Below, in pieces: positions 36,495 to 46,167 of a stretch of 64,000 bases of DNA (position 1 is the stretch's first letter; each line of letters opens with the position of its first letter). Under the pieces are notes generated by a model. The model was given only the letters and a program-made list of their open reading frames with translations, did not search any database and had not been told where the DNA came from. This DNA is from an uncultured Acidobacteriota bacterium (GTDB taxonomy: Bacteria; Acidobacteriota; Terriglobia; Acidiferrales; UBA7541), in NCBI GenBank assembly GCA_963732135.1, contig CAVSYC010000004.1, positions 34,484 to 98,483 of the forward strand, written 5' to 3'. A program made the translations under genes and the position numbers.

Positions 36495-38774
36495 ATGAGT
36501 ACCACTTCCAACAACACCGTGGCGAATGCTCGCCGCGGCAACGGCATTCCGCGCGTCATCGTTGCCACCACCGCGCTCCTCACCTTCATTTCTTTCTGGC
36601 GGGCTGCTGCAATCGTTCTGAATGATCTGGCATCGTCGGCGTATTACGCGGGCGGTGAAGCGGAAGGCTACATCGGAAAAACCGCGCCCTGGTTCATCCT
36701 GGCCATCATGCTCTTTTCCTACGCCGTGCGCGCGGTGTACGTGGAAAGCTGCAGCATGTTCGTGCGCGGGGGAGTCTACCGCGCCGTCAAACAATCGCTC
36801 GGCGGCACGCTGGCTAAATTCAGCGTCTCTGCCCTGATGTTTGACTACATTTTAACCGGCCCGATCAGCGGCGTGGCAGCGGGCCAATACGTCGGCGGAC
36901 TCCTCAGCGAGCTTCTGCCGTACGCGCACATAACGACTGGACCGCTTTCGCCTCACTCCATCAACTTCATCGCCTCGTGTTTTGCCATCATAGTCACCGT
37001 TTATTTCTGGTGGGAAAACACCAAGGGCATTCCCGAATCCAGCGAAAAAGCCCTGCACATCATGAAGCTTGTCACCGTGATGGTGGTGATCCTAATCGGC
37101 TGGTGCGTTTACACCATTGCCCTGCGCCACTCGGCGCTTCCGCCCTTTCCTTATCCCCGCAATCTTCATCTCACCGCGGGCTCCCTCGGTTGGCTGGCGC
37201 ATAGCTCTTTGCCACACATGTTTGGCATCGTCGCCATATTCATCGCGCTGGGCCACTCCGTACTGGCCATGAGCGGAGAGGAATCCCTGGCACAGGTCTA
37301 TCGCGAAATCGAAAGTCCCAAACTGGTCAACCTGAAAAAGGCTGGACTGGTGATTTTCGTTTACAGCATGGTCTTCACTTCGCTGGTTTCCTTCTTCGCG
37401 GTGATGATCATTCCGGACGACGTGCGGCAAAGTTTCCTGGAAAATCTTATTGGCGGATTGGCCATGAACCTCGCCGGGCCATTCCTGGTTCGGCTGATCT
37501 TTCACGCCTTCGTGGTTGTGGTGGGCGCGGTAATCCTTGCGGGCGCGGTCAACACCGCAATCGTCGGTTCGAATGGCGTACTGAACCGTGTTTCCGAGGA
37601 TGGCGTGCTCAGCGATTGGTTCCGCCAGCCGCATCCGCGTTTTGGCACCAGCTATCGCATCATCAACATCATCGTTATTTTGCAGATTCTCACCATTTTT
37701 ATCAGCCGCGGCGATGTGACGTTCCTGGCGAACCTGTACGCGTTTGGCGTGATCTGGAGTTTTGCCATGAACGGCCTGGCAGTGCTGGTATTGCGCTACA
37801 CGAATCCGGGCCAGCGCGAGTTTCAGGTTCCGCTTAATTTTACAATCCGCGGAAAACAAGTTCCGCTCGGACTGGGAATAATCACGCTCACGTTGTTTCT
37901 GATCGCGTTCGTCAACTTGTTTACCAAGCCCGTGGCCACCATGGCTGGCGGCGCGTTTTCCGTGCTGCTGTATATCGTCTTTACAATTTCCGAAAAGCGA
38001 GCGCGGCACGCTGGCGTAGCGCATGTGGAAATGGACCAGTTCAACCTGGAGCTGGAAGGCGAATTGACTCCGGAAGCGGTCGGCGCAAGGCCCGGCAACA
38101 TCCTCGTCCCCATCAGCAACCATTTCAATATGTATCATCTGGGTAATGTTCTGGATCGCGTGAAACCAGGGAGGCGCGACGTTGTTGTCCTGCACGTGCG
38201 CATGTTGCGCCGCTCCGCCTCTGGCGAGCAGGAATTGGACGCGGATCAACTCTTCGGCAGCATCGAGCAGCATCTTTTTTCGCAAGCGTTGAGCATGGCG
38301 GAAAAACGTGGCAAATCCATTCGGCTTGCAGTGGTCGCCGCAAACGACCTCTGGGACGGTATTCTACGCGCCGGAAACAGCCTGCAATCGTCAACGATTG
38401 TGGTCGGCACTTCCAGCCACTGGCAGAGCGAAGAGCAAGCGCGCCAGATCGGCGAAGCGTGGGAGAGGCTTCCCGACCCCAAGCCACAATTCAATTTGGA
38501 AGTGCATTTGCCGAACGGCGACAAGGTCTACAAAGTTCTTGGCCCGCACGCGCCGAACCTGACCGCCAACGAAGTGAATTTGCTGCACCGCCTCTGGTTG
38601 CGATTCAGCGATCAGGTTGCACCGGAAGAATTGCACCACCACGATGTGGTGCACTTCAGCCTGGAAGAATTGCAGCGCGAAATTGACGAAGGCCGTGAAG
38701 AGCAGGTAGTCGAACGCCTGCGCGCGCATCTGATCGCTAACCGTAAAAAGAAAAACCCAGGCAGCAGCTTATAG
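36495..38774 (+). CDS. APC-superfamily transporter, KimA/KUP-like, with a cytoplasmic USP-like C-terminal domain
   Basis: About 12 TM helices; DLASSAYY, GGVYRAVKQSLG, FDYILT, SGEES motifs; C-terminal ILVPISN...VVVLHV...IVVG alpha/beta domain. Confidence 0.8.
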   Translation: MSTTSNNTVANARRGNGIPRVIVATTALLTFISFWRAAAIVLNDLASSAYYAGGEAEGYIGKTAPWFILAIMLFSYAVRAVYVESCSMFVRGGVYRAVKQSLGGTLAKFSVSALMFDYILTGPISGVAAGQYVGGLLSELLPYAHITTGPLSPHSINFIASCFAIIVTVYFWWENTKGIPESSEKALHIMKLVTVMVVILIGWCVYTIALRHSALPPFPYPRNLHLTAGSLGWLAHSSLPHMFGIVAIFIALGHSVLAMSGEESLAQVYREIESPKLVNLKKAGLVIFVYSMVFTSLVSFFAVMIIPDDVRQSFLENLIGGLAMNLAGPFLVRLIFHAFVVVVGAVILAGAVNTAIVGSNGVLNRVSEDGVLSDWFRQPHPRFGTSYRIINIIVILQILTIFISRGDVTFLANLYAFGVIWSFAMNGLAVLVLRYTNPGQREFQVPLNFTIRGKQVPLGLGIITLTLFLIAFVNLFTKPVATMAGGAFSVLLYIVFTISEKRARHAGVAHVEMDQFNLELEGELTPEAVGARPGNILVPISNHFNMYHLGNVLDRVKPGRRDVVVLHVRMLRRSASGEQELDADQLFGSIEQHLFSQALSMAEKRGKSIRLAVVAANDLWDGILRAGNSLQSSTIVVGTSSHWQSEEQARQIGEAWERLPDPKPQFNLEVHLPNGDKVYKVLGPHAPNLTANEVNLLHRLWLRFSDQVAPEELHHHDVVHFSLEELQREIDEGREEQVVERLRAHLIANRKKKNPGSSL

Positions 38775-38787
38775 CATCAGTCTTCGA

Positions 38788-38818
38788 GGGTGCCCCAGGT
38801 GCCGGGTTTACACCTGGG
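38788..38818. repeat. GGGTG-type REP-like hairpin between convergent genes
   Basis: GGGTGC-CCCAGGTG-ccgggttta-CACCTGGG (8-bp stem). Confidence 0.5.
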
Positions 38819-38898
38819 TCTTGAATTTTTTCCTTGCATTATCATTTTGTTCAGTCGCTGCAGCAGTTCCGACGATACACAGATGCCGAAGAGCAAGT

Positions 38899-39330
38899 CT
38901 AGACAGCCGACGTGCAATGCCCGCACTTTTTTGCCGCAATGGGAATCGCCATCGCGCACTGCGGACAGTCTTTGGTGCTGGGCGCGGCGGCGGGCGCCGG
39001 CTTCACCAGCCAGCGATTGACGACGCGCAGCAAAAGAAAAATAGCAAACGCGACGATCAAAAAATTCACGATGGTATTCAGGAATAAGCCATAGTTCAGC
39101 GTTGCCGCTCCATGCGCCTTGGCGTCGGGGATAGTCGCATAATGCGTGTCGCCTAAATTTATGAACAGGTTCGAAAAATCCACGTGCCCCAGTGCGCGGC
39201 CGATGGGCGGCATGATGATGTCATCCACCAGCGACGATACGATTTTTCCGAAGGCTGCGCCGATAATGATTCCGACTGCCATATCGAGAACATTGCCGCG
39301 CATTGCAAATTCTTTGAATTCCTTGAGCAT
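38899..39330 (-). CDS. mscL: Large-conductance mechanosensitive channel MscL
   Basis: [35 protein letters not shown]...[17 protein letters not shown]; C-terminal CPQC...CGHC zinc-ribbon-like tail. Confidence 0.96.
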   Translation of the reverse strand: MLKEFKEFAMRGNVLDMAVGIIIGAAFGKIVSSLVDDIIMPPIGRALGHVDFSNLFINLGDTHYATIPDAKAHGAATLNYGLFLNTIVNFLIVAFAIFLLLRVVNRWLVKPAPAAAPSTKDCPQCAMAIPIAAKKCGHCTSAV

Positions 39331-39388
39331 CGCAGATCTCCTTGCAGATGTAGTGTCAGAGCAGCGCGCCTGGCGGCGCGAGGAGCAT

Positions 39389-39751
39389 TCAGTTTCGCCG
39401 AAACACTAACACGGAACCTACCAGGCCGCGCAACAGAAGAAGCAGGCCGGCGACGGAGAGCAGCGGACCCACCCAGGGAAATGGGACGCGGGAAATCGCC
39501 AGCATCACCACGCCGAGCAAAAGTAACGAAAGTCCACGAGTGAAATTTTCCGAGCGCGACCAGTATTTTCCCGGCTGATACAGTGCCCGCGCTCCCCATA
39601 GAATCAGCGCGATACTCAGCAGCGACCAGCCGATTCGGCGCCGGTCAAAGAAGATGTGATGCGTCGCCCCAAGCCAAATAACCAGCCCGCCCAGCAGAAT
39701 AAAAATAATCTCAATGGAGAGCCGCAAAGATTTGTCAGGCGTAAGCAGCAT
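39389..39751 (-). CDS. Small hypothetical membrane protein (4 TM)
   Basis: Four hydrophobic segments; directly upstream of and co-oriented with mscL. Confidence 0.7.
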   Translation of the reverse strand: MLLTPDKSLRLSIEIIFILLGGLVIWLGATHHIFFDRRRIGWSLLSIALILWGARALYQPGKYWSRSENFTRGLSLLLLGVVMLAISRVPFPWVGPLLSVAGLLLLLRGLVGSVLVFRRN

Positions 39752-39768
39752 GTGAGAAGTTTTCTTTC

Positions 39769-39848
39769 GTCATTCCGAGCCCAGCGAGGAATCTCTCTTC
39801 GTCTTGGATTGGCGCGCCGGAGAGATTCCTCGCTTCGCCCGCAATGAC
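39769..39848. repeat. REPIN-like inverted doublet, family A
   Basis: GTCATTCCGAGCCCAGCGAGGAATCTCTC ... GAGAGATTCCTCGCTTCGCCCGCAATGAC forms a long imperfect hairpin. Confidence 0.8.
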
Positions 39849-39915
39849 GCCACACCAGCGGCATTCCATACCGGGCGAAAACGTGTTTTCAAATTCCCAC
39901 ATTGCGAGACAAGTT

Positions 39916-40443
39916 TTAAGACACGCGCTCGATTTTTACGTGGTTGATGGTGACCGGCGTATTGGGGCGGTCGTTGCGATCGCGCGGCACACCAGAAATC
40001 TTGTTGGCGATATCCTGACCCTCCACCACTTCGCCAAAAACAGTGTGGCGATTATCGAGGTGCGGCGTCGGCGCAACCGTGATGAAGAATTGGCTGCCGT
40101 TGGTATTGGGCCCGGAATTGGCCATCGAGAGTTTTCCCGCCTTGGAATGTTTCAACTCAGGATGAAATTCGTCGGCGAATTTGTATCCCGGGCCGCCCAT
40201 TCCGGAGCCGTGTGGGCATCCGCCCTGAATCATGAAATTGGGAATGACACGATGGAAAATCAAACCGTCGTAGAAAGGGCGTTTTTCTTTTTTGCCGGTT
40301 TTTTCGTTGGTGAATTCCTTGGTGCCTTCCGCAAGGCCGACAAAGTTTTCCACGGTCTTAGGCGCTTCCTTCTCGAATAATTTAATTACCATGTTGCCTT
40401 GCGAAGTTTCAAAAGTGGCGTACGTGCCGGTCGGACGAGTCAT
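39916..40443 (-). CDS. Cyclophilin-type peptidyl-prolyl cis-trans isomerase
   Basis: APKTVENFVGLA, FYDGLIFHRVIPNFMIQGG, LSMANSGPNTNGSQFFIT, HTVFGEV. Confidence 0.95.
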   Translation of the reverse strand: MTRPTGTYATFETSQGNMVIKLFEKEAPKTVENFVGLAEGTKEFTNEKTGKKEKRPFYDGLIFHRVIPNFMIQGGCPHGSGMGGPGYKFADEFHPELKHSKAGKLSMANSGPNTNGSQFFITVAPTPHLDNRHTVFGEVVEGQDIANKISGVPRDRNDRPNTPVTINHVKIERVS

Positions 40444-40594
40444 GCGATCTCCTTGAAATGGGTGGAGAAATTATCGTACACGAGGCCGTGGCCAGTGGCC
40501 AGCAACCGCGAGTGGAACACGGCATAGAAAAGACTTAGCACAAAGTTCGCAGAGAGCGGAGACAGAGGACGCGGAGAGTTTTTTGATTGAGCGA

Positions 40595-41650
40595 TCACTT
40601 CGCAGCCAGGATTTGGAATTGGGCGATGATGCCTCCGGGCCCGGCGGCGTAAACGTGCTGGGGGTCGAGCGCGAACAGGGCGTTCAGCGGTAGCGGTGAG
40701 AAAGGCTTCCAGTGCAGGCCGGCGTCGACGGAAATATCGGAACCGCTCGGACCGACCGCTAAAAGTGTCGGACCGTCCTGGGAAGCAACCGCGGAACGAT
40801 AGCCGGCGGGCTGTTGCGCAGGGGTTTGCCAGGTTTTGGATTGATCCTCGGAGAAAGCGGCGATACGCGAAGCGACAGTCGGATTTTCGTAGTCGCCGCC
40901 GACCGCGGCAAGGCTGCCAACACTCGAACGCGCGATAGAAAAAATTCCGGATGAGGCGTTGTCCGCGGCGATGGGCACCGCGGACACGGCCCAGTCTTTC
41001 CCAGCATCAGTGGTATGAAGAACGCGGGCAGCGAACGCTCCGGTAACGACAAACAGTTCGCTGTCAGACACGGCCAGCAGATTTGAATTGCTGGCGGCGA
41101 ATGCACCTTCCCTCGGCAATGCCGGCGGCAGATTTTGTGGAGGCAGCGGATTCCAGCGGTGGCCATCGGTGGTTTGCAGCAACAGGAATCTTCCGTTGAT
41201 GGGATCGCCGAGCGCGAAACAGTTTGTCGGCGAAGAGCAGGCAATGGAGTCGAGAAAAAAAGCACTGTTTACGTCGGTGTATTGAAGCTCCCAGTGGATG
41301 CCGCCGTCGATGGTTTTGTGAATTTTGGATTTGTCGCCATTTCCGCTGGACATGAGATACGCGGTTTTGTCGTCGAAAGCGACGATACCGCGAAAATCAA
41401 GGTCGGGCTGGCCGGGAATGGAGAGGTGGGTCCACGTGCCGCCGTCGTCGAGCGAACGAAGAATTACGTCGTGCGTGCCAGAAGCCCAAATGACGACGTG
41501 GCCCGTGGCGATTTTTGTTGCGCTGATGGCGCGCAAATTGGTGTCGCCGCCGGAATTCAGAGTGGTCCATGATTGCGCGCGAGCGCCAGCGGATAAGGCA
41601 AAAGCGCAAATCAAGAAGGCCAGGAGCAGGAATGAGGCTCGACTACGCAT
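40595..41650 (-). CDS. Exported YCF48-like/BNR-repeat propeller protein
   Basis: Signal peptide; repeated S/T-x-DGG-x-T/H-W motifs (SLDDGGTW, TIDGGIHW, TTDGHRW, TTDAGKDW). Confidence 0.8.
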   Translation of the reverse strand: MRSRASFLLLAFLICAFALSAGARAQSWTTLNSGGDTNLRAISATKIATGHVVIWASGTHDVILRSLDDGGTWTHLSIPGQPDLDFRGIVAFDDKTAYLMSSGNGDKSKIHKTIDGGIHWELQYTDVNSAFFLDSIACSSPTNCFALGDPINGRFLLLQTTDGHRWNPLPPQNLPPALPREGAFAASNSNLLAVSDSELFVVTGAFAARVLHTTDAGKDWAVSAVPIAADNASSGIFSIARSSVGSLAAVGGDYENPTVASRIAAFSEDQSKTWQTPAQQPAGYRSAVASQDGPTLLAVGPSGSDISVDAGLHWKPFSPLPLNALFALDPQHVYAAGPGGIIAQFQILAAK

Positions 41651-41682
41651 AGAAAGATTGTAGCAATGCCGCCTTGCAAACG

Positions 41683-43641
41683 TCAGGGGAGAGCGAAAGC
41701 CAGCACCGAGTCTCCTTGTTTGGTTCCGAGTTTGCCGTGGCCGCCCGCGGCGATGACCACATATTGCTTGCCTTTATATGCGTATGTCATGGGTGTGGCC
41801 TGGCCACCCGCGGGAAGCTCAAATTGCCAGAGTTCTTTTCCGGTTTGCGAGTCGAAAGCGCGGATGACGTTATCCATCGTGGCGCTGGTAAAAACGAGCC
41901 CACCGGCGGTGACCATCGGCCCGCCAAGATTGATGGTGCCGGTATGCTGGCCAGGTGCGAAAGAACCCAGAGGAACGTTCCAAATAATTTTTCCCGTGAA
42001 AAGATCGACGGCTGCAGTGGTGCCCCAGGGCGGAGCATTGCACGGTGTTCCCCCGAGTGAAAAAAGAAAAGTGCGATAGAGGCCGAATGCGGCTCCGCGC
42101 TGTTCGCCGAATTCGCCGTAGACGCGATTGTCCTGATCGGCTTTGGTTTGCGCGTCGTATTCGGCGCGCGGAATCAATTTGTTCCAGGCAATCAACCGAT
42201 TGGTGTTTGCGAACATCAGATGGCTCTGCGGATCGTACGCGGCACTGCCCCAATTTACGCCGCCGACATTGCCGGGGTAGACGACGCTGCCTTTCAGGCT
42301 GGGCGGAGTGAAAATTCCTTCGGAGCGGGATGCTTTCAGTTTTTCCTGGCACCATTTCACGTCTTCGGGAGCCCTTCCCCACAGATCTTCGAGAGCGATT
42401 TTTTCCGGCACCAGCGAGATCATGGAAAAGGGTTGCGTCGGCGAAGTTTTCTCACCGGGGATATCGGTTTGCGGAACGGGTCGCTCTTCAATGGGAAGCA
42501 GCGCAGCGCCAGTCAAACGGTTGAGAACGAAGACGTGACCCATCTTCGTGTTGATGACGACAGCGGGCGTGCCGTCTTTCCAGGTGAAGAGCGTGGGCTG
42601 CGAAGCGACATCGTAGTCCCACAGATCGTGATGAACTACCTGAAAGCCCCAAACGAATTCGCCGGTGGACGCGCGCAAAGCTACCACTGAGTTGGCCCAT
42701 TTGTTGTCGCCGAGCCGAAGGCCGCCGAAATAATCCGGGCTGGCGCTGCCAGTGGGAATGAACACGAGATCGTGTTCGGCGTCAACGCTCAAAGTTGACC
42801 AGGCATTGCCCGCTCCGGTGTGAGGATTGGAATTGTTGGCCCACGGAATGGGATCCCAGGTCCAACGCAGTTTGCCGGTGCGCGCGTCGAAGGCGCGTAC
42901 CATGCCGCGGCCGACGTCCACTTTCCAATTGTCGGCGATCGAGGAGCCGGTGATGACGAGATCATTGGCGATAGCTGGCGCGGATGTGACTTGATAGCCG
43001 CCACGCCATTCTGGGGTCGTGGAAGCGTCGGCGGAAAGATCGAAAGTGCCAGCGTTGGCAGAATCGGTGCAAGGCTTGCCGGTTTGAGCGTCGAGAGCGA
43101 TGAGCCGTGCATCGAGAGTGCCGAGAAAAATGCGCAGAGCGCAGGGAGCGCCTGCCTGGGCTTTGGAGTCGCGCCAAGCGGAGACGCCGCGTGAAGTTAC
43201 TTCCGAATAGTTGCGCGTCAGGTCCACGTGCGGATCGAATTCCCAGATTTTTTCCCCGGTGGCGGGGTCGAGAGCGAAAACCTTATCGTAGGGTGAAGTG
43301 AGAAAGAGTTTGTTGTCGAAAAGGATGGGAGTGGACTCGAAAGCGGCCTTACGGACCAGTTTGGTTTCGAGCTGGGATGCTCCGGTGTGGAAAGTCCAGG
43401 CGACTTTGAGCTGCGCGACATTTTCGCGAGTGATTTGCGAGGCGCCGGAATAGCGCGAGCCGCCGGGATCGCCACCGTAGGTGTCCCATCCTTCAGATGG
43501 TTGCCTGGGCGGGGTAGGGGCCACGACGGGGCGATCTTCGATCGTTGGTTGCTGTGCCGCCGAGAGCGTACAGCAGAAAAACAGCGGAAAAAAGGCTGCG
43601 AAGATGCGGGTCGCGTAGTTGACTTTTTGCGAGGCATGCAT
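41683..43641 (-). CDS. PQQ-dependent (glucose/quinate-family) dehydrogenase
   Basis: WDTYGGD..GSRYS, ESTP, SRGV, VVHHDLWDYD, GGPMVTAGGLVF, GGQATPMTY, YVVIAAGGHG. Confidence 0.9.
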   Translation of the reverse strand: MHASQKVNYATRIFAAFFPLFFCCTLSAAQQPTIEDRPVVAPTPPRQPSEGWDTYGGDPGGSRYSGASQITRENVAQLKVAWTFHTGASQLETKLVRKAAFESTPILFDNKLFLTSPYDKVFALDPATGEKIWEFDPHVDLTRNYSEVTSRGVSAWRDSKAQAGAPCALRIFLGTLDARLIALDAQTGKPCTDSANAGTFDLSADASTTPEWRGGYQVTSAPAIANDLVITGSSIADNWKVDVGRGMVRAFDARTGKLRWTWDPIPWANNSNPHTGAGNAWSTLSVDAEHDLVFIPTGSASPDYFGGLRLGDNKWANSVVALRASTGEFVWGFQVVHHDLWDYDVASQPTLFTWKDGTPAVVINTKMGHVFVLNRLTGAALLPIEERPVPQTDIPGEKTSPTQPFSMISLVPEKIALEDLWGRAPEDVKWCQEKLKASRSEGIFTPPSLKGSVVYPGNVGGVNWGSAAYDPQSHLMFANTNRLIAWNKLIPRAEYDAQTKADQDNRVYGEFGEQRGAAFGLYRTFLFSLGGTPCNAPPWGTTAAVDLFTGKIIWNVPLGSFAPGQHTGTINLGGPMVTAGGLVFTSATMDNVIRAFDSQTGKELWQFELPAGGQATPMTYAYKGKQYVVIAAGGHGKLGTKQGDSVLAFALP

Positions 43642-43855
43642 AGTACGTAGATAGCATTTTCCGGGCGAAGCGACAATCAGTGTGACTTTGGAGATTGAGT
43701 TTTGGTGTCGGGCACTTTGGTGGTCTGGATCATGAGTTGGGCGATGTAGGCGAGAAGAGCGCCTGGCGGAGATCGATCTTTTTGAGGGAGACGGCGGAGA
43801 AGAGTTGTGCGAGGACCTGATTGAATGACATTGGTTACGCGTGGACCGACAGCGT

Positions 43856-43906
43856 TGTCATGCACAAGGAAAAGCAGGCCCTTGTCGCTGCGCTCTCCGA
43901 ATGACA
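43856..43906 (-). repeat. Degenerate family A REP element
   Basis: Reverse complement TGTCATTCGGAGAGCGCAGCGACAAGGGCCTGCT... Confidence 0.5.
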
Positions 43907-43919
43907 AAGTTTACAGGAA

Positions 43920-43944
43920 GGGGCACGGCTTAACGCCGTGCCCC
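43920..43944. terminator. GC-rich hairpin (REP-like or terminator) after the Big_2 lipoprotein gene
   Basis: GGGGCACGGC-ttaac-GCCGTGCCCC perfect 10-bp stem, 5 nt past the stop. Confidence 0.55.
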
Positions 43945-43949
43945 CTGCT

Positions 43950-45896
43950 TCAGTTTGCCGACAGATTGGTGGTGGCGGTGATGCCGCTGTGGTTGACACC
44001 GATGGTTGTGGTGCCAGTCGCAAAGGTGGTCGCCAGACCGGCGTGGATTGGGGCATTAGCGATGGTGGCGACGGTTGGAACCGTGGAGCTCCAGTGAGAG
44101 TTAATGGTGACGTCTTGGGTGGTGCCGTCGCTGAAGGTGCCGGTCGCGGTTAATTGCTGTGTGGACCCTGCGGCGACAGAAGAGTTCGCCGGAGTAATGA
44201 CGACGGATACCAGCGTGCCGGTGCCAATGGTGACGGGGGTTGAACCGGTTATGCCGGACGAAGTGGCTGACAGAGTCAGCGTGCCAGACTTCTTGGCATG
44301 CAGGATTCCGGTGCTGCGCATATTGGCAAATTGCGGTTTCGAGGAGTGCCAGGAAACGGTGGCCAAAGTAGAAGTGCTGCCGTCGCTATACACGCCGGTA
44401 GCGGTAAACAAGAGAGAGGTATGAACCTCAACCCGTGAGTTGGCTGGCGAAATCGTGATAGATACCAGCTTAACGGTGGAAACTGTGAGCGTAGTGGAGC
44501 GCGAAACGGCGCCCGAAGTTGCGGTGATGGTTGTGCTGCCGGTGATGAGGCTGTTGACTGTGCCAACGTTGTTGATGGTGGCGACGGCCGGGTTAGATGT
44601 GGTCCAGAGGACGGACTGGGTCAAGTCTTGACTCGAGTTATCGCTGAAAGTACCGATGGCGCTGAATTGTTTGACCGCTCCTGCGGGCATGGAAGAGTTA
44701 TTGGGAGCAATCTGGAGGGAAACCAGAGTCGCGCCGGTTACGGTGACGGAAGCAGTCGCGGCGATGCTGCCGGAGGTGGCGGTGACAGTCGAAGTGCCGG
44801 GCGCTACACCCAGGCCAAGCCCGTTAACGTCTACGGTGAGTACGCTGGTGGCGCTTGAGGACCACTGTAGAGAGGTGAGCACTTGAGTGCTGCCGTCATC
44901 AAAATTGCCGGTCGCGGTGAACTGCTGTTGGGTCCCAGCCGCGATGGACACGGTGGCCGGAGACACGGTAATGGAAGTGAGCTGCGCCGGAATGACAGTG
45001 ATAGTGGTTGAGTCGGTGAAAGAGCCGACGGTGGCGGTAATAGTGGTGGCGCCCGCGGCGAGAATCGCAGCTAAACCGTTGTTGTCGATGGTCGCGACAG
45101 AGGTGGTAGAAGACGTCCAAGTGACTCCGCCGACCAGGTCTTGGACGGTGCCGTCGCTGTAGTTCGCGGACGCGGTGAACTGTTGGTTGATGCCGATAGC
45201 AAGCGTCAAGTCGTCTGGCGTAACCGAGATGGAAGTGATGGTGGGAGCGGTGACGGTGACCGAGGTGGACTTGGAAACGCTGCCCAGGGTTGCAGTAATG
45301 GTTGAGGCTCCAGCAGCGACTCCGCTGACCAAACCAGCGGCATCTACGGTGGCGTTGGCAATGGTTGAGGAGGACCAGGTAACAAGGTTAGTGAGATCGC
45401 GGCTGCTGCCGTCGCTGTAACTGCCCGTGGCTGTAAGTTGTTGCGTAGTATTGATAGGAATAGAAGGGCTAGCGGGCGAGATGGCGATCGAGGTCAGAGT
45501 GGGGCCGGCTCCGCCGGTGACCGTGATGGCAGCAGAACTGGTGAAAGCTCCGGACTGGGCGGTAATCGTGGCGGCACCGCTGGCAACTCCTGTGACCACG
45601 CCGGCCGTGCTAACGGTAGCAACCTTCGAATCCGAGGAGGCCCATGTGGCAGAGGAGCTCAGATCTTTAGTTGTGCCGTCGGAGTAGGTCCCCGTCGCGT
45701 GGAGAGTGGCGGTAGACGTCGCGGCTATGGACGTTGCGTTGGGAGTGACCGAGAGGCCGCTGAGGGAGGCCGTAACTGGCTGTCCGCTCGAGCCGGACTG
45801 TCCGCCACTGCCACCTGAGCTTAGGCCCTTGGTGCCGACGCCGCTGCAGCCTGCGAGGAGCAGGCAGAATAAGGGAATCCAAGTCTTGTAATGCAC
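43950..45896 (-). CDS. Lipoprotein of seven tandem Big_2 (Ig-like) domains
   Basis: Lipobox LLAG-C, Gly/Ser linker, seven L.SI.I/VSP...QF/LTATG.Y/FSDG...W.SS repeats. Confidence 0.9.
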   Translation of the reverse strand: MHYKTWIPLFCLLLAGCSGVGTKGLSSGGSGGQSGSSGQPVTASLSGLSVTPNATSIAATSTATLHATGTYSDGTTKDLSSSATWASSDSKVATVSTAGVVTGVASGAATITAQSGAFTSSAAITVTGGAGPTLTSIAISPASPSIPINTTQQLTATGSYSDGSSRDLTNLVTWSSSTIANATVDAAGLVSGVAAGASTITATLGSVSKSTSVTVTAPTITSISVTPDDLTLAIGINQQFTASANYSDGTVQDLVGGVTWTSSTTSVATIDNNGLAAILAAGATTITATVGSFTDSTTITVIPAQLTSITVSPATVSIAAGTQQQFTATGNFDDGSTQVLTSLQWSSSATSVLTVDVNGLGLGVAPGTSTVTATSGSIAATASVTVTGATLVSLQIAPNNSSMPAGAVKQFSAIGTFSDNSSQDLTQSVLWTTSNPAVATINNVGTVNSLITGSTTITATSGAVSRSTTLTVSTVKLVSITISPANSRVEVHTSLLFTATGVYSDGSTSTLATVSWHSSKPQFANMRSTGILHAKKSGTLTLSATSSGITGSTPVTIGTGTLVSVVITPANSSVAAGSTQQLTATGTFSDGTTQDVTINSHWSSTVPTVATIANAPIHAGLATTFATGTTTIGVNHSGITATTNLSAN

Positions 45897-46167
45897 GTAT
45901 TTCCTCCAAAAATTTAGTAGCGCGTGAAATCGGGTTTATGGTTTCGACCGATGCGGACCAGTGTGTGGTGACCTGACTGGTACGCGAGTGAATAGTGAGT
46001 TGCGCTGGAGATAAGTGTGAGGGTTTGCTAACAAGGAGCCAATCTGGAACTCGTTAGACCGTTCCAATGCGACACAACTCATTGATTCGACACAGTTCTA
46101 CTAAATCGGTACTTTCGTTTGGGTGAAAGGGTCAGAGACAGTTGGGCGGAATTGCCGGAGATTGAGG

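Noticed and set aside
38800-40600. Replication origin at the skew change
   Set aside because: No dnaA/dnaN and no visible cluster of TTATCCACA-like boxes.
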